Assembly (NCBI GenBank): GCA_024640705.1
Contig: JAHEEJ010000001.1
Coordinates: 1-43,680, forward strand
DNA length: 43,680 bases
Direction of reading: 5' to 3'
Source: Deltaproteobacteria bacterium
Lineage (GTDB): Bacteria; Myxococcota_A; UBA9160; SMWR01
Positions 40,972-43,680 of this stretch are shown one piece after another. How positions within the stretch are numbered: the stretch's first letter is position 1; each line of letters begins with the position of its first letter. The position numbers were made by a program, and so were the translations under genes. The notes below the pieces were generated by a model that saw only the letters and a list, made by a program, of their open reading frames with translations, was not told where the DNA came from and did not search any database.

Positions 40972-42120
40972 ATGCGCGTGATCGGATTGATGTCGGGAAC
41001 TTCCGCAGACGGGGTGGATGCGGCCCTGGTCGAGTGGCCCGCGGGAGAGGCTCCGAGGCCCTTCGAGCTGGTTGCTTTTCGCCAGGATCCGTTTCCGGAA
41101 TCGCTGCAGGCGCGGATTCACGCACTCGCCGCGGGGCGCCTGCCGCCCGGAAGCGCGCTGAGCGAGCTGGCGGCCCTCGACGTGCTGCTCGCGGAGCGCT
41201 TCGCGGAGTCGGCGATCGCGCTGGCCGAGAGCGCCCGCATCCCGCTGGCCGAAATCGACGCGATCGCGTCTCACGGCCAGACGGTCGCCCATCACCCGGA
41301 ACTCCGGGCCACGCTCCAGATCGGCGACCCCTCGCTGATCGCGGAGCGGACCGGCTGCACGACGGTGGCCAATTTCCGCCCGCGCGACATTGCGGCGGGC
41401 GGGGAGGGCGCGCCGCTGGCGCCGTTCTTCCATTTTGCCGCGCTCTCGGATCCCGCCGAAAATCGGCTCGCGCTCAATCTGGGGGGCATCGCGAACCTCA
41501 CCTGGCTGCCGCGCGGCGGCCGAGCGGATGACGTGATCGCTTTCGATGTCGGCCCCGCAAACGCGCTGATCGATGGCGTGGTTGCGATCCTCTCCGAGGG
41601 TCGCGAGTCGATGGATCGCGACGGCGCGCGCGCGCGTCGCGGCCGGATCGACGAAGGCTTGCTGGCTCGCCTGCTCGACGACGACTTCCTCGGGCGCCCA
41701 CCGCCGAAGTCGACCGGGCGCGAGCGCTACGGGACCGAGCAGGCGGAGGCCCTGGTCGGCGAATCGCAGCGCGAAGGGCGCACGGACGACGATCTCGTCG
41801 CGACGCTGGTGGCCTTTACCGCGCAGGCGATCGCTCGCGCGCAGCGCGATTTCATCGACGGGCCGGTGGATCGACTGCTGGTCGGCGGCGGAGGCGTGGA
41901 CAATCCCGCGCTGATGGCAGCACTCGGCGCGGCACTGCCCGGCGTGCCGATCGCCGCGTTCGATGCGGCCGGCGTCCCCGCCCGCGCCGCCGAGGCGATG
42001 GCGTTCGCACTGATGGGCCGCCACACACTGCTCGGAATCCCGAACCACCTTCCGCGCTGCACCGGCGCAAGCCACGCCGTGGTGTTGGGCGAAATCTCGC
42101 CCGGAAAGTCCGGCGGCTAG
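40972..42120 (+). CDS. anmK: Anhydro-N-acetylmuramic acid kinase
   Basis: N-terminus MRVIGLMSGTSADGVDAALV. Family-typical length (382 aa), with GGGVDNPALM near the C-terminus. Confidence 0.9.
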   Translation: MRVIGLMSGTSADGVDAALVEWPAGEAPRPFELVAFRQDPFPESLQARIHALAAGRLPPGSALSELAALDVLLAERFAESAIALAESARIPLAEIDAIASHGQTVAHHPELRATLQIGDPSLIAERTGCTTVANFRPRDIAAGGEGAPLAPFFHFAALSDPAENRLALNLGGIANLTWLPRGGRADDVIAFDVGPANALIDGVVAILSEGRESMDRDGARARRGRIDEGLLARLLDDDFLGRPPPKSTGRERYGTEQAEALVGESQREGRTDDDLVATLVAFTAQAIARAQRDFIDGPVDRLLVGGGGVDNPALMAALGAALPGVPIAAFDAAGVPARAAEAMAFALMGRHTLLGIPNHLPRCTGASHAVVLGEISPGKSGG

Positions 42121-42390
42121 CAGCGAAGCTTCATTCTTCCCAATTCAGGTGGGTGTTGAGCGCAGGTTTCATTACGGGGGCTGTGCTCTGGGGGCAGGAC
42201 GCGAGAGCTATTCGCTCCAACCCCATGTTGCCCGCGCAGGACCGTTGTTTCTTGACGGGATCCGCAGCTGGCGGGGGTCCCGTTGGCCGGGTCACTCCGC
42301 GCGCTCCTGAAACCGAGCCGCTGGTTGCCAGTGCGTGAGAGAAGGCCACTCGAATTGGGCGCTCGAGTCGGCAGGGCGTTACTCGGGGGC

Positions 42391-42446
42391 GGTGACGGGG
42401 GGCCATCGGGCGACATGGGGTTTGAGCCCGATGGCCCCCCGTCACC
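42391..42446. repeat. Perfect 20-bp inverted repeat with a 16-nt spacer in a convergent intergenic region (possible bidirectional terminator or REP-like element)
   Basis: ggtgacggggggccatcggg (42391-42410) and cccgatggccccccgtcacc (42427-42446) are exact reverse complements. No flanking T/A runs. Confidence 0.8.
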
Positions 42447-42495
42447 GAACCCGTGCAACCAACCCGGTCAAACAAACTGCGGCAGAGGCGTTCAA

Positions 42496-43413
42496 TTAGA
42501 CCGGGTGGAATTCTCCGCCGGCGAAGGTGCCGTTGCTGGCCTCGAGATCGTCGGGGACGTGTTCGCCGTCCCAGACGACTGCGCGTTGCAGTCGGACTCC
42601 GGTGCCGAGTTCGGCGCCTGCGCCGATCACGACGTCGCCTTCGATGCGCGCGCCCGCGCGCTGTGCGCCGGCGATTGCAGCCCCGTAGGAGAGTTCGATC
42701 GGGTCGAGGTTGGCGGCGAGGTATTCGGCGGGTGTTCCCACGGGTTCCCAGACGAAGTCGTTCGCGGCGAGGATTTCGGCTCGGATGTCGGTGGCGCCCG
42801 AAGCGAGTTGGGGAGCGATCCAGTCGTCGAAGTGGCTGAAGATTTCGCGATCGGGCAGCGCATCGAAGGCCCGGGCTGCAACCACATTGGCCCACGCGTA
42901 GAGGCCCGCGCGGTGTTCGCCGCCGAAGTCGTGGCGCGTGCCGATGCGCCGCACGCGGTCGTGTGGATCGACTCCGACGCTCCCGAAGGCCTTCTCGCGC
43001 CGATCGCCCGCGCGAAGCAGCATCGTCCAGGCGTCCTGGCGTTCGCGGTGGCTGGCGACCAATGCGGACAGGTCCGCGTCGAGCAGCATGTCGCCGGCGA
43101 CGATCAAGCACGGATCGCTCTGGCGCAGATAATCCGCGACGCGCCGGATGCCGCCGCCGGTGTCGAGCAATTCGGATTCGATCGAAAAACGCAATTCCAT
43201 GTCGAGCGGGCAATGGCGGCGGGCCGCGTCCATCAGGATGTCGGGAAGGTGGTGGCAGTTGACGATCACTTCGCTCACGCCGTGGCGTGCGAGCAGCGCG
43301 AGCGTGTAGGCGATGAGCGGAATGCCGCGCACGGGGAGGGCGGGTTTCGGGCGCAGTTCGGTCAGCGGCCGCAGCCGGGTTCCGAGCCCCGCGGCGACGA
43401 TCATCGCTCTCAA
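42496..43413 (-). CDS. Sugar-1-phosphate nucleotidyltransferase, MurU-like, with C-terminal hexapeptide (LbH-like) extension
   Basis: MRAMIVAAGLGTRLRPLTELRPKPALPV (GxGTRxxPxT). C-terminal IEGDVVIGAGAELGTGVRLQRAVVWDG. TTG at 43413 overlaps the upstream TGA (TTGA); an alternative ATG is at 43404. Confidence 0.75.
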   Translation of the reverse strand: MRAMIVAAGLGTRLRPLTELRPKPALPVRGIPLIAYTLALLARHGVSEVIVNCHHLPDILMDAARRHCPLDMELRFSIESELLDTGGGIRRVADYLRQSDPCLIVAGDMLLDADLSALVASHRERQDAWTMLLRAGDRREKAFGSVGVDPHDRVRRIGTRHDFGGEHRAGLYAWANVVAARAFDALPDREIFSHFDDWIAPQLASGATDIRAEILAANDFVWEPVGTPAEYLAANLDPIELSYGAAIAGAQRAGARIEGDVVIGAGAELGTGVRLQRAVVWDGEHVPDDLEASNGTFAGGEFHPV

Positions 43414-43680
43414 GAGTGCTCCGGTATTGCTTGAATTAGATCGTTTAGGTCACTGTATTCTTTGAGTTTTGATGATATGCGACTGGAGGCATTCTGGAGG
43501 TAACGGCGCGTCGCGGGGAGGTGGCTCAGATAGCGGTCGTCGCCCCGCTCCGCCGCCACGGCGCGGAACAGGGCGTGGTCCTTTCCCTTGCGGGTGAGCG
43601 TGAGCAGGTCGAAGCGCAACCGGAAGGTCTCTTCGTCCGGGGGGTCCGGCAGCGCGGTGCGCACGCGCGCGAGGTGTGCG
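43410..43680 (-). CDS. C-terminal part of an aminoglycoside-phosphotransferase-fold kinase, AmgK-like (MurNAc/GlcNAc kinase); 5' end lies outside the window
   Basis: The frame is open to the window edge. FRLRFDLLTLTRKGKDHALFRAVAAERGDDRYLSHLPATRRYL resembles the FDLMGLQRHLK..GIFARL...YL..IP...YL tail of AmgK-type kinases as I remember them. It sits immediately upstream of the MurU-like gene. Confidence 0.5.
   Translation of the reverse strand, partial: AHLARVRTALPDPPDEETFRLRFDLLTLTRKGKDHALFRAVAAERGDDRYLSHLPATRRYLQNASSRISSKLKEYSDLNDLIQAIPEHS

Noticed and set aside
1-43680. Search for CRISPR arrays, IS elements, integrases, phage genes, rRNA/tRNA genes and tandem repeats
   Set aside because: None was found by eye. 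There are no regularly spaced direct repeats, no transposase/integrase-like translations and no tRNA cloverleaf candidates. The only notable repeat is the 20-bp inverted repeat at 42391-42446.

Overview
GC-rich (about two-thirds G+C by eye) bacterial chromosomal segment. The gene content (MglA/RomR-type polarity proteins, several sigma-54 activators) suggests a Myxococcota/deltaproteobacterium-like organism; this is inference only. I can support 33 protein-coding genes. I see no rRNA, tRNA, CRISPR, transposase, integrase or prophage signal. From left to right: (1) The 3' part of a dimethylglycine/sarcosine-dehydrogenase-family gene and an orphan JAMM/MPN+ metalloprotease. (2) A complete, tightly coupled minus-strand glycogen operon, glgC-glgA-glgX-glgB-malQ-glgP. 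(3) A TolB-like lipoprotein plus ATP sulfurylase. (4) A long minus-strand array: nadC-birA-coaX, an EF-G paralogue, a helical-repeat protein, an MglA-like GTPase and a GAF/degenerate-GGDEF protein. (5) A RomR-like response regulator, a PP2C phosphatase, and a FliA-type sigma factor preceded by a near-consensus sigma-54 promoter. (6) Two divergent NtrC-type activators, a soluble PAS histidine kinase and a CheY-like regulator. (7) A membrane coiled-coil protein that ends in a RelE/ParE-like domain. (8) A glycosyltransferase/methyltransferase operon headed by a tiny 2-TM protein. (9) The peptidoglycan-recycling genes anmK and amgK-murU-like. The best novelty candidates are the translationally coupled helical-repeat/MglA-like/degenerate-GGDEF trio (with RomR-like nearby), the membrane-tethered RelE-fold protein, and the GT4-MT-GT4 cluster. 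Many longest-ORF starts in the supplied track are over-extended. I re-called starts from RBS position and domain boundaries; several are GTG/TTG and one appears to need CTG. The long Arg/Pro/Ala-rich ORFs antisense to recognised genes are GC artefacts. All homology calls come from motif recognition by eye, not from searches.
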